Part shown: positions 48,500 to 60,453 of the stretch, piece by piece | Numbering within the stretch: the first letter of the stretch is position 1 | How the letters are laid out: each line of letters opens with the position of its first letter | Source of the DNA: Malacoraja senta | Taxonomy: Eukaryota | Direction of reading: 5' to 3' | DNA: 64,000 nt | Assembly: GCA_038087875.1 (NCBI GenBank) | Contig: CM075995.1 | Location: 3,102,001-3,166,000 of the forward strand | The notes under the pieces: generated by a model | Database searches by the model: none | What the model saw: the letters and a program-made list of their open reading frames with translations, nothing else | Told to the model about the DNA's origin: nothing | Position numbers and translations under genes: made by a program

Positions 48500-48872
48500 A
48501 TAGAAACATAGAAACATAGAAAATAGGTGCAGGAGGAGGCCATTCAGCCCTTTGAGCCAGCACCGCCATTTATTGTGATCATGGCTGATCGTCCCAAATT
48601 AATAACCCATGCATGCCTTCTCCCAATATCCCTTGATTCCACTAGCCCCTAGAGCTCTATCTAACTCTCTCTTAAATCCATCCAGTGATTTGACCTCCAC
48701 TGACCTCTGTGGCAGTGAATTCCACAAAGTCACAACTCTCTGGGTGAAAACGTTTTTTCTCACCTCAGTCTTAAATGGCCTCCCCTTTATTCTAAGTCTG
48801 TGGCCCCTGGTTCTGGACTCGCCCAACATTGGGAACGTTTTTCCTGCATCTAGCTTGTCCAGTTCTTTTATC
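48500..48872 (-). mobile_element. CR1 3' fragment
   Basis: ORF 48599-48874 has FPMLGESRTRGH and FTQRVVTLWNSLP. Confidence 0.9.
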
Positions 48873-49204
48873 ACTGGCCATGTTAACTGGAACCAGTTCA
48901 GGCATTGAAAGCTACTACGAACTGTAATGGTAACATTTCTTCTTCAATAAAATCTTCAATGGGCCAATTAAAAGATTAGCAATTAGTAATGTTTAATGAA
49001 TGACTGAATGAATGACTACGTTTATTGGCCAAGTATTCACATACAAGGAATTTGCCTTGGTGCTCCGCCCGCAAGTGACAACATGACTTACAGTGACAGT
49101 TAGGAATGACACATAAAACATTAAACAAATGTGAGAATATTTTTTTTCCACTGTTGTATTAAACCAGCAGGATCCTCAATTGTTTATCTATAATTTTCAC
49201 TCTT

Positions 49205-50100
49205 CATAAGTTCATGTTCAGATGTGATGGGAGCAGAATTTGGCCATTCGGCCCATCAAGTCTACTCCGCCATTCAACCATAGCTGATCTATCTCTCCCT
49301 CCTAACCCCATTCTCCTGCCTTCTCAACATAAGCCCTGACACCCGTACTAATCCAGAATCTATCAATCTTCGCCTTAATAATATCCATTGACGGCATCCA
49401 CAGCCTTCTGTGTCAAGTGCTGTGACCACCGACTCCAACATCCGAGGAGATGTCCAGCCGCGGGCGGCGCCAGATTTAAAACACCGCGGAGCCTGGGATC
49501 CGAGATCGCCAGAGTCGGAGCTCCAACCAGCGCGGCCTGAGGACTTCGGGTGCCGCGGTCTCCGGGGAGGAAGCGGCTGCTCCAGACATTTTCCAAGCTG
49601 CTGAGGAGTGTTCACCTGACGCCGGGGTTCCATCTTCCTGGCAAGAGGGCCTGAAAACATCGGACTGGCTGCGGAGGCCACAAATAGGCCTCGACCTCGG
49701 GTGATCACAGAGGAAGAGGACTGAACTTTCTGGTGCCTTTCCCCACAGTGGAAAATGTTGATTCTGTTGTGGGGGGGGGACGTTCTTGTTGAATTCTATA
49801 ATGTGTTGTGTCATTTTTCCTTTTTTTTAATTTTCTATGGATGTACGAAAATTTAATTATTTCTTCTATGTAAAGCAATTTGGTTTCAACACGAGTTGAT
49901 TTAAACGTGCTATATAAATAAAACTTACTTACTTACTTACTTATTTACTAATGAATTCCACAGATTCACCACCCTCTGACCAAAGAAATTCCTCCTCATC
50001 TCCTTTCTAAAGGTACATCGTTTTATCCTGAAGCCATGGCCTCTGGTCCTAGACTATGCCACTCGTGGAAACATCCTCTCCACATCCACTCTATCCAGGC
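49205..50100 (-). mobile_element. CR1 tail split by a GC-rich retroposon
   Basis: cagccttctgtgtcaa resumes as aatgaattccacag at ~49950. Confidence 0.8.
49417..49949 (+). mobile_element. Non-autonomous GC-rich retroposon with (CTTA)n tail
   Basis: Shares gcgcggcctgaggac.tcggg and agaggaagaggactga..tggtgccttt..cacagtgg with 41303-41852; ends aataaaacttacttacttac. Confidence 0.65.
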
Positions 50101-50237
50101 CACTCTATCTACCCAAGCTGCTCAGCTTTTGGGTAGAGCCATGTAGGTGACACCATCATAAGCGGGCTATATTGTTGTCAAAATCCTTGGCCTCTGTTAT
50201 TTAGATGCGAAAGATTAACTCACCTTCCACATTTCAT

Positions 50238-50444
50238 GTTTAAGAAAGAACTGCAGATGCTGGAAAAATCGAAGGTAGACAAAAATGCTGGAGAAACTCA
50301 GCGGGTGAGGCAGCATCTATGGAGCGAAGGAATAGGTGACGTTTCAGGTCGAGACCCTTCTTCAGTCTCGACCTGAAACTTCACCTATTTCCTTCGCTCC
50401 ATAGATGCTGCCTCACCCGCTGAGTATCTCCAGCATTTTTGTCT
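50238..50444. mobile_element. Penelope fold-back mini-insertion with 16-bp TSD
   Basis: accttccacatttcat at 50222-50237 and 50445-50460; ~85-bp near-perfect inverted arms. Confidence 0.9.
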
Positions 50445-50869
50445 ACCTTCCACATTTCATCGACACATTTCAGAGACTGTTCCCTCTGCAACTCCCTGGT
50501 TAACTCATCTCCTCCCACCCAAACCACACCCTCTCCCTTTTCCTTCTCCTCAAAGATGCTGCCTGTCCCGCTGAGTTACTCCATCTTTTTGTGTCTATCC
50601 TCCAGATTTCATCTCTCCTTTGAAGGGAAGGGTCAGGATTTTGTGACAGATGGCTTTAAAGTCATTCTTGTCACAGGAGAGCGGTCACTCGTTGGCCATC
50701 TTTGCGAACATTTGAAAAGTTAAGCTGGTGACAATTGACAAAACTTGAAATTTAGAAAAACTGCCGACACGGGAAATCTGAAACCTGATTCAATTCAATT
50801 CGATGATTCAATTATACTTTTTTGTCACATTACTTAGGTACAGTGAATGAAACCTGCATGCAAGAATTG

Positions 50870-51250
50870 GTTTAGTTTTGCTTAGTTTAGCTTATTTTAG
50901 TTTAGTTTTGCTTAGTTTAGTTTATTTTAGTTTAGTTTAATTTGTTTTAGTTTTGTTTAATTTAGTTTGGAGATATAGCGCGGAATCAGAGGCTTCGGCC
51001 CATCGGGTCCGCGCCGACCAGCGTTCCCCGCACGCTAGCACTATCCTGCACACCAGGGACAACTTACAATTTTTATCGAAGCCAATTTACCTGCGAACAC
51101 GTACGTCTTTGGAGTGTGGGAGGAAACCGGAGCACCCGCAGAAAACCCACGGGGTCACGGGGAGAAATTACAGACGGCACCCGTGGTCAGGATCGAACCG
51201 CGGTTGACTGGCGCTGTGAGGCAGCAACTCTACTGCTGCGCCACCGTGCC
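50870..51250 (-). mobile_element. HE1-like SINE with an expanded (TTTAG)n tail
   Basis: About 100 bp of tail; B-box rc ggatcgaacc at 51190. Confidence 0.85.
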
Positions 51251-51772
51251 AAAGTAATGTCGTTATTTTCTGACAGACTACAGCTCTTTAGTGAAGCGAG
51301 GCAGTTTTTAAAGCCAGGATGAATGCTGATAATATGGCACATGGCGCTGATTTGATCCCCAGGCATTGCAACTGGATCCAACGCAACCAAAGTAATCAAG
51401 GCTCACAGTGAGTTCCATTCCAAGCACTGAATAACCAAATCAAAAATTATTACCTCACCGTAATTGGAAATGTCCTGAAGGCCTCTGAGAGTTATCCTGC
51501 ACATTAAACCATTAGAGCCTTGGGCATTTTAGTAATTTTTCATCTGGTGCGAGAACCTAATGTAAATTTATAAGCGCCAAGAAATGGAAATTGCCCCAGA
51601 ATTAATTTTTTATTGCTGACACACTGCTGTCAGATTCCCTTCAAGCTCTAAGTCCTTTGACACATCCAGTGGTAGACCGGAGGAAAATGAAGTCCATCTA
51701 GTATATACAGTACAGTCTGGCCCCGTCCAGTTATTCACTGGTGAAACTTATATCAATGCTCACCTCTCCCAG

Positions 51773-52078
51773 GCAGCACGGTGGCACAGCCTTACAGCGC
51801 TTGCAGTGCCGGAGACCCGGCTTCGATCCCTACTACAGGTGCTGTCTGTTCATGGTTGTATGTTCCCCCTGTGAACCGCGTGGGTTTTCGCCGAGATCTT
51901 CGGTTTCCTCCGCACTCCAAAGAAGTACAGGTATGTAGATAAATTGGCTTGATATAAGTGTAAATTGTCCCTAGTGTGTGTAGGATAGTGTTGGTGTGCG
52001 GGGATCGCTGGTCGGCGCGGGCTCGGTGGGCCAAAGGTCCTGTTTCAGCGCTGTATCTCTAAACCAAACTAAACTAAA
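51773..52078 (+). mobile_element. HE1-like SINE
   Basis: ggcagcacggtggcacagc...cttcgatcc...ctaaaccaaactaaac. Confidence 0.85.
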
Positions 52079-52289
52079 GCCAGTGGAAGACAGACTTCAA
52101 ACATCGATAAAACAAACCAAGGGAAAAAATATTAAAGTCAACACAGATTAGAAAGAAATAAAATCAGGAAATACTCAGCAAGTGTGAATGCACTGTGGAT
52201 GACTCAAATGTAATCACGTATTGGCTTTCCACTGACTGGTTAGCACGCAAGAAAAGCTTTTGGAGTGATTTGAGAGAAGTGACACAGGG

Positions 52290-54917
52290 ATCCGAGCGGA
52301 CAGGACAATTGACTCCGGTAAGACCAGAGGTGGAGGTCTGTGCATTTATGTAAACAAAGCATGGTGCACGGACACCACCATCATCGAGAGTCACTGCTCA
52401 GCTAACCTAGAGTTCCTCTTGGTTAGATGCAGACCGTTCTATCTGCCCAGAGAGTTTACCTCCACTGTTGTGACTGCAGCCTATATTCCTCCTGATGCTA
52501 ATGCCAAGCTTGCAATGAAAGATCTGCATTCTGCCATTAGCAAACAACAGACTCACAACCCCGAGGCACCCTTCATTGTTGCGGGTGACTTCAATCACTC
52601 CAACCTGAAGACTGTACTCCCCAAATTCCACCAACACGTCTCCTTCGCCACTAGAGAAGGCAAGACACTGGACAAAGTCTACACCAACATGGCTGAAGCT
52701 TACAAAGCCGTCCCCCTCCCCCACCTTGGACAGTCTGATCACCTCTCATTGTTCCTGCTCCCAAAGTACTCCCCACTCATCAGACGGGTTAAACCCACTG
52801 TGAGGACAGTTAAAGTCTGGTCAGAGGATGCGGACTCTACACTTCAGCAGTGTTTTGGAAACACTGACTGGAAGGCGTTTGCAGCCCAGGCCACCCTTGA
52901 CTCCCACACGGACATTGACTCCTACACATCATCTGTTCTGGACTTTATAAACTCCACCATCAACAGCGTCACCTCCCTCAAACAGGTGACCATATTCCCG
53001 AATCAGAAGCCATGGATGAACAGCGAGGTCAGGCTACTGCTGAAAGCACGGGACACCGCTTTCAGGTCAGGCGATGCCCGAGCCTATAGTTCATCCAGGG
53101 CTAACCTGAAGAGGGGCATAAAGAAGGCCAAGCACTGCCATAAACTCAGGATTGAGGAGCACTTCAACAACAACTCCGACCCCCGACGCATGTGGCAAGG
53201 CATCCAGGCCATCACGGACTTTAGACCCACCAACACCACCCCCACATCGAGCAACGCCTCCTTCCTTGAGGAGCTCAACCACTTCTATGGCCGTTTCAAC
53301 AGGGACAATCGGCAGTTGGCCATCAAGGCGGTGCTCCCTGCCGATCACCAGCCCCTCTCACTCACCCCCTACGACGTGTACGTGGCACTGAGTAGGACTA
53401 ATGCACGTAAGGCTGCTGGCCCCGACGGCATCCCCGGGCGCGTCCTCAGGGCCTGTGCTGCGCAGCTGACAGACGTCTGGACTGACATCTTCAACCTGTC
53501 ACTTGCCCAAGCAGTTGTGCCCACGTGCCTTAAATCCACCTCCATCGTGCCGGTGCCAAAACACTCCACTGCGGCAAGCCTCAACGACTTCCGCCCAGTT
53601 GCACTTACTCCCATCATCGCCAAGTGCTTCGAGAGGCTGGTCCTGGCACACCTCAAAGGCTGCCTACCCCCCACGTTGGATCCCTATCAGTTTGCCTACC
53701 GCAAGAACAGGAGTATGGAGGATGCCATCTCAACGGCACTTCACTCCGCCCTCTCCCACCTCGACAACAGAGACACTTACGTAAGAATGCTGTTCATCGA
53801 TTACAGCTCAGCATTCAACACCATCATACCCTCTAAACTGATCACCAAACTCGGTGACCTGGGCATCGACCCCTCCCTCTGCAACTGGATACTGGACTTT
53901 CTAACCAACAGACCCCAGTCTGTTAGGTTAGACAAGCACACCTCTTCAACCCTCACCCTGAACACCGGCGTTCCACAGGGCTGTGTGCTGAGCCCCCTCC
54001 TCTACTCCCTCTTCACCTACGACTGCACACCTGTACATGGTACTAACACCATCATCAAGTATGCAGATGATACAACGGTGATTGGCCTCATCAGCAACAA
54101 CGATGAGTCGGCCTATAGGGAGGAGGTCCAGCTCCTAGCAGCATGGTGCGCTGACAACAACCTGGCCCTTAACTCCAAGAAGACCAAGGAGCTCATTGTA
54201 GACTTCAGGAAGTCTAGGGGCGGCATGCACACCCCCATCCACATTAACGGGAGGGAGGTGGAACGTGTTTCCAGCTTCAGGTTCCTGGGGGTCAACATCT
54301 CCGATGACCTCTCTTGGACCAACAATACCTCAACTCTGGTCAAGAAGGCTCACCAGCGTCTCTTCTTCCTGAGGAGACTAAAGAAGGTCCATCTGTCTCC
54401 TCGGATTCTGGTGAACTTCTACCGCTGCACCATCGAGAGCATCCTTACCAACTGCATCACAGTATGGTATGGCAACTGCTCTGTCTCCGACCGGAAAGCA
54501 CTGCAGAGGGTGGTGAAAATTGCCCAACGCATCACCGGTTCCTCACTCCCCACCATTGAGTCTGTCCAAAGCAAGCGTTGTCTGCGAAGGGCGCTCAGCA
54601 TCGCCAAGGACTGCTCTCACCCCAACCACAGACTGTTTACCCTCCTACCATCCGGGAGGCGCTACAGGTCTCTCCGTTGCCGGACCAGCAGGTCCAGGAA
54701 CAGCTTCTTCCCTGCGGCGGTTACACTACTCAACACTGTACCTCGGTGACTGCCAATCACACCCCCCCCCCCCCCCGGACACTCCTCCCACCAGGATTTA
54801 TTAGATTTATTTATTTACTGCTCATATTTATGTCGCTCTTCTAGGGAGATGCTAATTGCATTTCGTTGTCTCTGTACTGTACACTGCACAATGACAATAA
54901 AGTTGAATCTGAATCTG
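52290..54917 (+). mobile_element. Rex1/Babar LINE, 5'-truncated, young
   Basis: Uninterrupted APE-RT frame, short 3'UTR, AATAAA and (gaatct)n tail. Confidence 0.93.
52293..54749 (+). CDS. Rex1-type endonuclease/reverse transcriptase ORF (N-terminally truncated, no internal stops)
   Basis: [50 protein letters not shown] and [13 protein letters not shown]. The frame is open from 52293, upstream of the listed TTG at 52419. Confidence 0.88.
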   Translation, partial: RADRTIDSGKTRGGGLCIYVNKAWCTDTTIIESHCSANLEFLLVRCRPFYLPREFTSTVVTAAYIPPDANAKLAMKDLHSAISKQQTHNPEAPFIVAGDFNHSNLKTVLPKFHQHVSFATREGKTLDKVYTNMAEAYKAVPLPHLGQSDHLSLFLLPKYSPLIRRVKPTVRTVKVWSEDADSTLQQCFGNTDWKAFAAQATLDSHTDIDSYTSSVLDFINSTINSVTSLKQVTIFPNQKPWMNSEVRLLLKARDTAFRSGDARAYSSSRANLKRGIKKAKHCHKLRIEEHFNNNSDPRRMWQGIQAITDFRPTNTTPTSSNASFLEELNHFYGRFNRDNRQLAIKAVLPADHQPLSLTPYDVYVALSRTNARKAAGPDGIPGRVLRACAAQLTDVWTDIFNLSLAQAVVPTCLKSTSIVPVPKHSTAASLNDFRPVALTPIIAKCFERLVLAHLKGCLPPTLDPYQFAYRKNRSMEDAISTALHSALSHLDNRDTYVRMLFIDYSSAFNTIIPSKLITKLGDLGIDPSLCNWILDFLTNRPQSVRLDKHTSSTLTLNTGVPQGCVLSPLLYSLFTYDCTPVHGTNTIIKYADDTTVIGLISNNDESAYREEVQLLAAWCADNNLALNSKKTKELIVDFRKSRGGMHTPIHINGREVERVSSFRFLGVNISDDLSWTNNTSTLVKKAHQRLFFLRRLKKVHLSPRILVNFYRCTIESILTNCITVWYGNCSVSDRKALQRVVKIAQRITGSSLPTIESVQSKRCLRRALSIAKDCSHPNHRLFTLLPSGRRYRSLRCRTSRSRNSFFPAAVTLLNTVPR

Positions 54918-55431
54918 AAGATCAATGTTGTAGGCATTCAATTGGGCTAAATAATTTTGCTTGCAGTACACAGTGACATCACAAGTAACTCTAGTAATTA
55001 CTTCCTCCAGCCTTTAATTTCACAGGAAGCATTCAGAAGATAGGTACCCTCTCAAACCCTCAGACTATCTTTGATCGGACTTTACTGGAGTTTTTCTTGC
55101 ACGAAACCTTATTCGGATTATTCTCTTTATCACATATCTGTACACCATGATGGCTCAATGATAATCATGCATTGTCTTTCCGCTCACTGGACAGGACGCA
55201 ACAAAAGCTGTTCACTGTCCTTCAGTACGCGTCACAATAAACTAAACTTCAAACTCAAAAATATCAATCAATCATAACGAGGTAAGTGTAATAGTAAAAA
55301 AGAGAAGCCTGGAGTGCAACCAAAAAACAAAGTCCATAGACGTTTGGTGATGGTACATGGGTGATATTCATCATCTCCCAGCTAACAAACTCCAATAACT
55401 TTGAGTGTAATCATAAGCTGTGACAGATTCA

Positions 55432-55672
55432 AAAGTTCATAAGTTCATAATTTGTAGGGGCAAAATTAGGCCATTCGGCCCATCAAGTCTACTCCGCCAT
55501 TCAATCGTGGCTGATTTATCTTTCCCTCTCAACCCCATTCTCCTGCCTTCCCTCCATAACCCCTGACACCCGTACTAATTAAGACTATCGCTCCCCACCT
55601 TAAACACATCCATTGTCTTTGCCTACACAGCCTTCTGTGGCAATGAATTCCACAGATTCATCAAGAGTATAG
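55432..55672 (-). mobile_element. CR1 tail; duplicate of the DIRS-B target locus
   Basis: Shares gggcaaaattaggccat, cccgtactaattaagacta and cacagattcatcaagagtatag with 56010-56144 plus 60966-61053. Confidence 0.82.
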
Positions 55673-56002
55673 TTTAGTTTAGTTTAGTTTAGTTTAATTT
55701 AGAGATACAGCGCGGGAACAGGCCATTCGGCCCACCAGGTCCGCGCCGACCAGCAATCCCCACACATTAACGCCATCCTACACCCACTAGGGACATTTTT
55801 TACATTTACCAAGCCAATTAACCAACATACCTGTACGTCTTTGGAGTGCGGGAGGAAACCGAAGATCTCGGAGAAAACCCACGCAGGTCACGGGGAGAAC
55901 ATACAAACTCCGTACAGACAGCACCCGTGGTTGGGATCGAACCCTGGTCTCCAGCACTGAATTTGCTGTAAGGCAGCAACTCTACCGCTGCGCAACAGTG
56001 CA
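55672..56002 (-). mobile_element. HE1-like SINE, full-length
   Basis: (tttag)n tail and B-box rc ggatcgaacc. Confidence 0.88.
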
Positions 56003-56371
56003 TTCATGCGTTCATAAATAATAGGGGCAAAATTAGGCCATGCGGCCTCTCAAGTCTACTCCGCCATGGCTGATCGATCTGTCCCTCTCAACCCCATTCT
56101 CCTGCCTTCCCCCCATAACCCCTGACACCCGTACTAATTAAGACTAGTAAGATTAAACGAGAACTTACCAGTTTGAAGTTTGATCTTTATTTTATGAGGA
56201 GTTACGTTGGTGATTACGTGAAGAACCCCGTCAGGGCGCATGCGCGTCAATCTTCAAAGCAGCGGTATGAAATCACAGACAACACCATAATTGAAGTAAC
56301 ATATTAAGATGATCAACATGGGAACTACCATTATGACCTTTTTTCTATGAGAGAGGGTTGGGCGTGGCGGG

Positions 56372-56482
56372 CACGTAATCACCAACGTAACTCCTCATAA
56401 AATAAAGATCAAACTTCAAACTGGTAAGTTCTCGTTTAATCTTACTATTTTACTTCGGAGTCACGTGAGTGACTACGTGAAG
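56372..56482. other. DIRS-B internal complementary region (ICR)
   Basis: Reverse complement of 56145-56220 joined to the reverse complement of 60931-60965. Confidence 0.93.
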
Positions 56483-56693
56483 ATTTTAAAGCTGTGATTT
56501 TTATGCCGCAGATCAAAATCCCGGCTTCTCACTGCATCGATTGACTCTGAGTATCATCAATAATGCTGTAAACATGACATTGCATATCATGCAAAAACAA
56601 AACAGTTTTATTTTTGGTCATAAAACAACCAATAAACCCTCTTAATGTAGGGGCAACAAACGAAACAGAATGAAACAGTATTGAAAACAGACT

Positions 56694-57694
56694 TTAAACA
56701 ATAGCAACAGCACTCAATATTGAGTTGGCAAACAGCCCTCCATCAGCAATCGGCCGATGGTAGTATTGCTGAAACACAAGTTCATTTTTCCAACCTGCGG
56801 CTTTTAATATATGGTCGATGGGAACGTCCATCGCCCTGGCCGCAGATGTTGCTACTGCGCTAGTGGAATGAGATGTAAACACATAAATGTTAATTCCTGC
56901 CTGAAACAACTCTTGCTTTAACCACCTTGAGATAGTCTGAACTGCCACTCTTTTATGTTGGCTTCTTGTAACTGACAAATAATCCTGTTTCTACTTGTCT
57001 TAAAGCCCTTGTGGCTTCAATGTAATGTAACAAATGTGTCCTTACACATAAACATGGAGCTGTATGATATGCTGAGAACACAATCTTAAAACCTGTCACA
57101 CCTGGCCTGCTTTGTTTGAGCAGGTCAGAAATATAAAACAGAACATTCTCTGTATTCACTTCCATTCTCTCGAACTGAAGTTTTTGGAAAGTCTGCACTC
57201 TCTGTAGTGACACCAATGCCATTAGCATAGCCAATTTCATGGTTAATTTTAACAAAGTTATAGACGTGACAGGGACCCAATGACGAAGTATGTTACAAAC
57301 AACACTTACCTCGCAGATTACCATATACCTAGGCTTAGGCGGTTTGGAATTAAAGATTCCTTTCATCATCCTAGATATGAGAGGGTGAGAACCTATACTT
57401 TGTGTCCGTGTACCTATTACAAGATATGCCGACCAAGCACTTCTAGCTGTATTGATAGCAGTATAGCTAAGACCCTCATCATAATAAAGTGTAGATAAAC
57501 TCCAACACATTTTCAATAACTACAGTATCATATTGAATATTCTTTTGAACACAATATTGTCCCCATTTAAAAAAAAAAAAAATTTCACAAGTCATATACT
57601 GTTTTTGAGGACTGTTTCTCCAGGCTGCAGTGAGTATATCCACCGTTGGCCTAGAAAGTCCTCGACCAATGCAAGGCATTCTTAAAACCTGCAA
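56694..57694 (-). pseudogene. DIRS tyrosine recombinase, frameshifted
   Basis: SLQRVQ, KQSR, HSTSA (R to S), AGWK and FQQYYHRP. Confidence 0.92.
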
Positions 57695-57699
57695 ATTAA

Positions 57700-59400
57700 C
57701 AGATCCATACCATCACATAACGGATGAACTTAATGCGTTACTGGATGCTCCAGCAAATTCCTACTGTTTGGAATCAGCAAAAAGAGGTTGGATCGCTATC
57801 TGTAACATCAAAGGAAACCATGGTTGAAAGGCAATTTGGTATCACCAAAACCCCTGAAGCGGCATCCTGCTTGATTTTCTCAAACACCGACCTACGAGGC
57901 AGAATGGTGGGAAAATGTACACAAACATATCATCCCAATTTAGTAAAAAAGCATCAATTGTCACTGCCCCTGGATCTGGTGCCTATGAAACATATTTTGG
58001 CCTTCCATACAGAAGTACTATGTTCTTGAACACATCCTGGTTCCACATCCACTCTGTGTTATGATGGAATTTTCGTGAGCTGCCATCTGGTACTACATTA
58101 AGTTTCCCTGGGAGATAGATAGCTCCAATCCAAATCTCTCTATCCCTACTCCAGGTCCAATTGTATTTGCCAACCTGTCACTTGATAATGATTTGATTCC
58201 ACCCATGTGATACATATCAGCAACTGCTGTAGTGTTGTCTATTTTGCACTGCACATGCAAACTAGTTTAGTTAGTGCCATAAGCCGTGAGTCCATAAAAT
58301 ACTCTTGGTTAATTCCCCATGTTTGCAGAAGCAATGTTCATCTGTCTCCACCGCTGGTTCTTGTATCAGTAGCACCCTACCCAAGTGCTCTGACATCTGT
58401 CTGCAAATCATGGAAGCTTGGTCCAATAACACTTTGGAACTACTAGTGGACACATGCTGAATCCACCATTGTACATCAGCAACAGCCTCTATTGATAGAA
58501 GCATAGGTCTATTATAATGACCCCAATGTATCCTAAATGCTTGTTCCTTTGACCTTTGTAATTGTAGATAATAATGTGGCCATATTGAACTGCTGGAAAT
58601 GCTGCCAGCCATTACCACAGCAGACTTGTCACCTGGCTAATTGAAGGCTGTGTGTTAGCAATTAACTTGATATAGCTCTTAATTAGCTCTACCCTTTTTT
58701 GCCTGGGCAAGGTCACAATGATGTTGATTAAGTCCATTGTGAACCCAACTAGTCAATTTGTGTCACAGGTATAAATTTAGATTTCTCTGGATAGTTTATA
58801 AAGCCCAATTAAAAAATGGTTTTTACCAACTGCCACTGATGCTTCAGCTGTTTCCTTTGATTGTCCTACAATCAAGATATTATCTAGTTAAGCCATGAAC
58901 AAATGACCTTGACTTCTCATCATGCCTAGAATAGGTTTTAACAACTTTGTAATCCCTCTAGGAGCTGAAGAGAAACCATTAGGCAGTGGATTGTATTGGC
59001 ATAATTGCCCCATCCAGCTGAATTTTAAATCTTCTATCCTGCAAATGAACAGACACTGAATCCGCATCTTTAAGATCTCCTTCACAAACGTTTCCATCTT
59101 AAAATGTCTATACCGTACAAAAGGGTTAAGACTATTCAGGTCCGTATAATTCTGCATCCCCCCATCCTTTTTTGGTCTGGGAAAGATATTGGACACAAAC
59201 TGATGGCTTTGGTAAACTGCCTTAGCAATTACACCTTTATTACATAAGCTTGCAAGTTCCAGCTGAACTTCCAATTGTTCAGTGATACTGAAGTCAAACT
59301 CCTTTTTTGGAACATGTTGCATGGGTAAATCAGAATTTGCATTAAGCTTTATTTGATGCCTTTGAATAACCTTCAGTATAAACATATCTGAGGTAAACAT
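57700..59400 (-). pseudogene. DIRS pol (RT - RNase H - MT-like), decayed
   Basis: ORF 58888-59400 carries RT motifs; DVQWWI; reverse complement of ~57875-57960 reads IDAFLLNWDDMFVYIFPPFCLVGRCL. Confidence 0.87.
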
Positions 59401-60213
59401 TTAATTGTATCACATTAGATCTGTCTACATGAGAACCAGACCCTCTTACCTCCTTACCACCTGGCATTCTTCCCCGGCCTTGAGCTGGATATCTCACCTC
59501 CGTGGCGGTGCTACAGCCGAACGCCAACTGCGCTGCATCGTAGCTGGACTCGTCCCTTGCCCGGACCAGTCTACTCCCTTATAGGGATACTTCTGCTTTG
59601 GTGAATATGTGGCTGCCGTCTTAGCCTCCTCCTCCAGCTCCTTCACCTGCTGTGCGAAATCCTCGCCAAACAGCTGTGCCGGTTGCACTGTGCCAGGCTG
59701 GCAGAGTGAAGCATATTTAGCATTGATGGTTGGTCTAATCGCATCTTGCGGAGGCAGTTGATCTCAAAGTGGGCACTCCATAATAGCGCATTTTGTTGTA
59801 ATTTGTCATGGCCTCTCCATCTACCATCCTGGCAAAGCTCGTTATACCAGATGCCAGCAACTTTAAAAATATGCTGGAGCTTCACATGCTCCTGGGCTTT
59901 CATTAGTATGCCCATCTTGCCCCAATTCTTCCTGTTCCCAACAGGAACTTTTAACAGTCCACAGTTGATTGGGGCTTCATACTTCGTTACTGTCTCATCC
60001 ATTGTCAGCTCCTGTAGCTGATGTGAGACTTGGTAATTTATGCTGGTGGCAAGTTCCTCACCCAGAGGCTCACCAGCGTCCGACGACAAGGCAAACCGTG
60101 CTGCACACGGTGTCAGCTCTGGCAGCTGCCTACCCTCCCTTTGGAAGTCGTCGGACTCAGGGTCAGAGCGTATCTGCCCTTCTGCACTCACCTCTTGCAA
60201 AGAGGGTGCTTTC

Positions 60214-60453
60214 AAGCAGGCCTCTACTAGGCACTGCCAGCGGAGCCGTCCCCACGGCCTCCCGCCTGCACAACTCCTCCTGGAGTATGGCTTTATGAAG
60301 CAGACCTCTCCTAGGCACTGCCAGCGGAGCCTTCTCTATGGCTTCCCACCTGCACTACTCCTCCTGGAGTGTGGCTTTATGAAGCAGACCTCTCCTAGGC
60401 ACTGCCAGCGGAGTCTTCTCTATGGCTTCCCTCCAGCACTACTCCTGCTGGAG
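60214..60453. repeat. 84-bp tandem repeat (~3 units) in the DIRS-B gag-like region
   Basis: ctaggcactgccagcggag starts at 60227, 60311 and 60395. Confidence 0.92.

Noticed and set aside
52289..54923. 4-bp TSD (gatc) for the Rex1 copy
   Set aside because: Too short to distinguish from chance.
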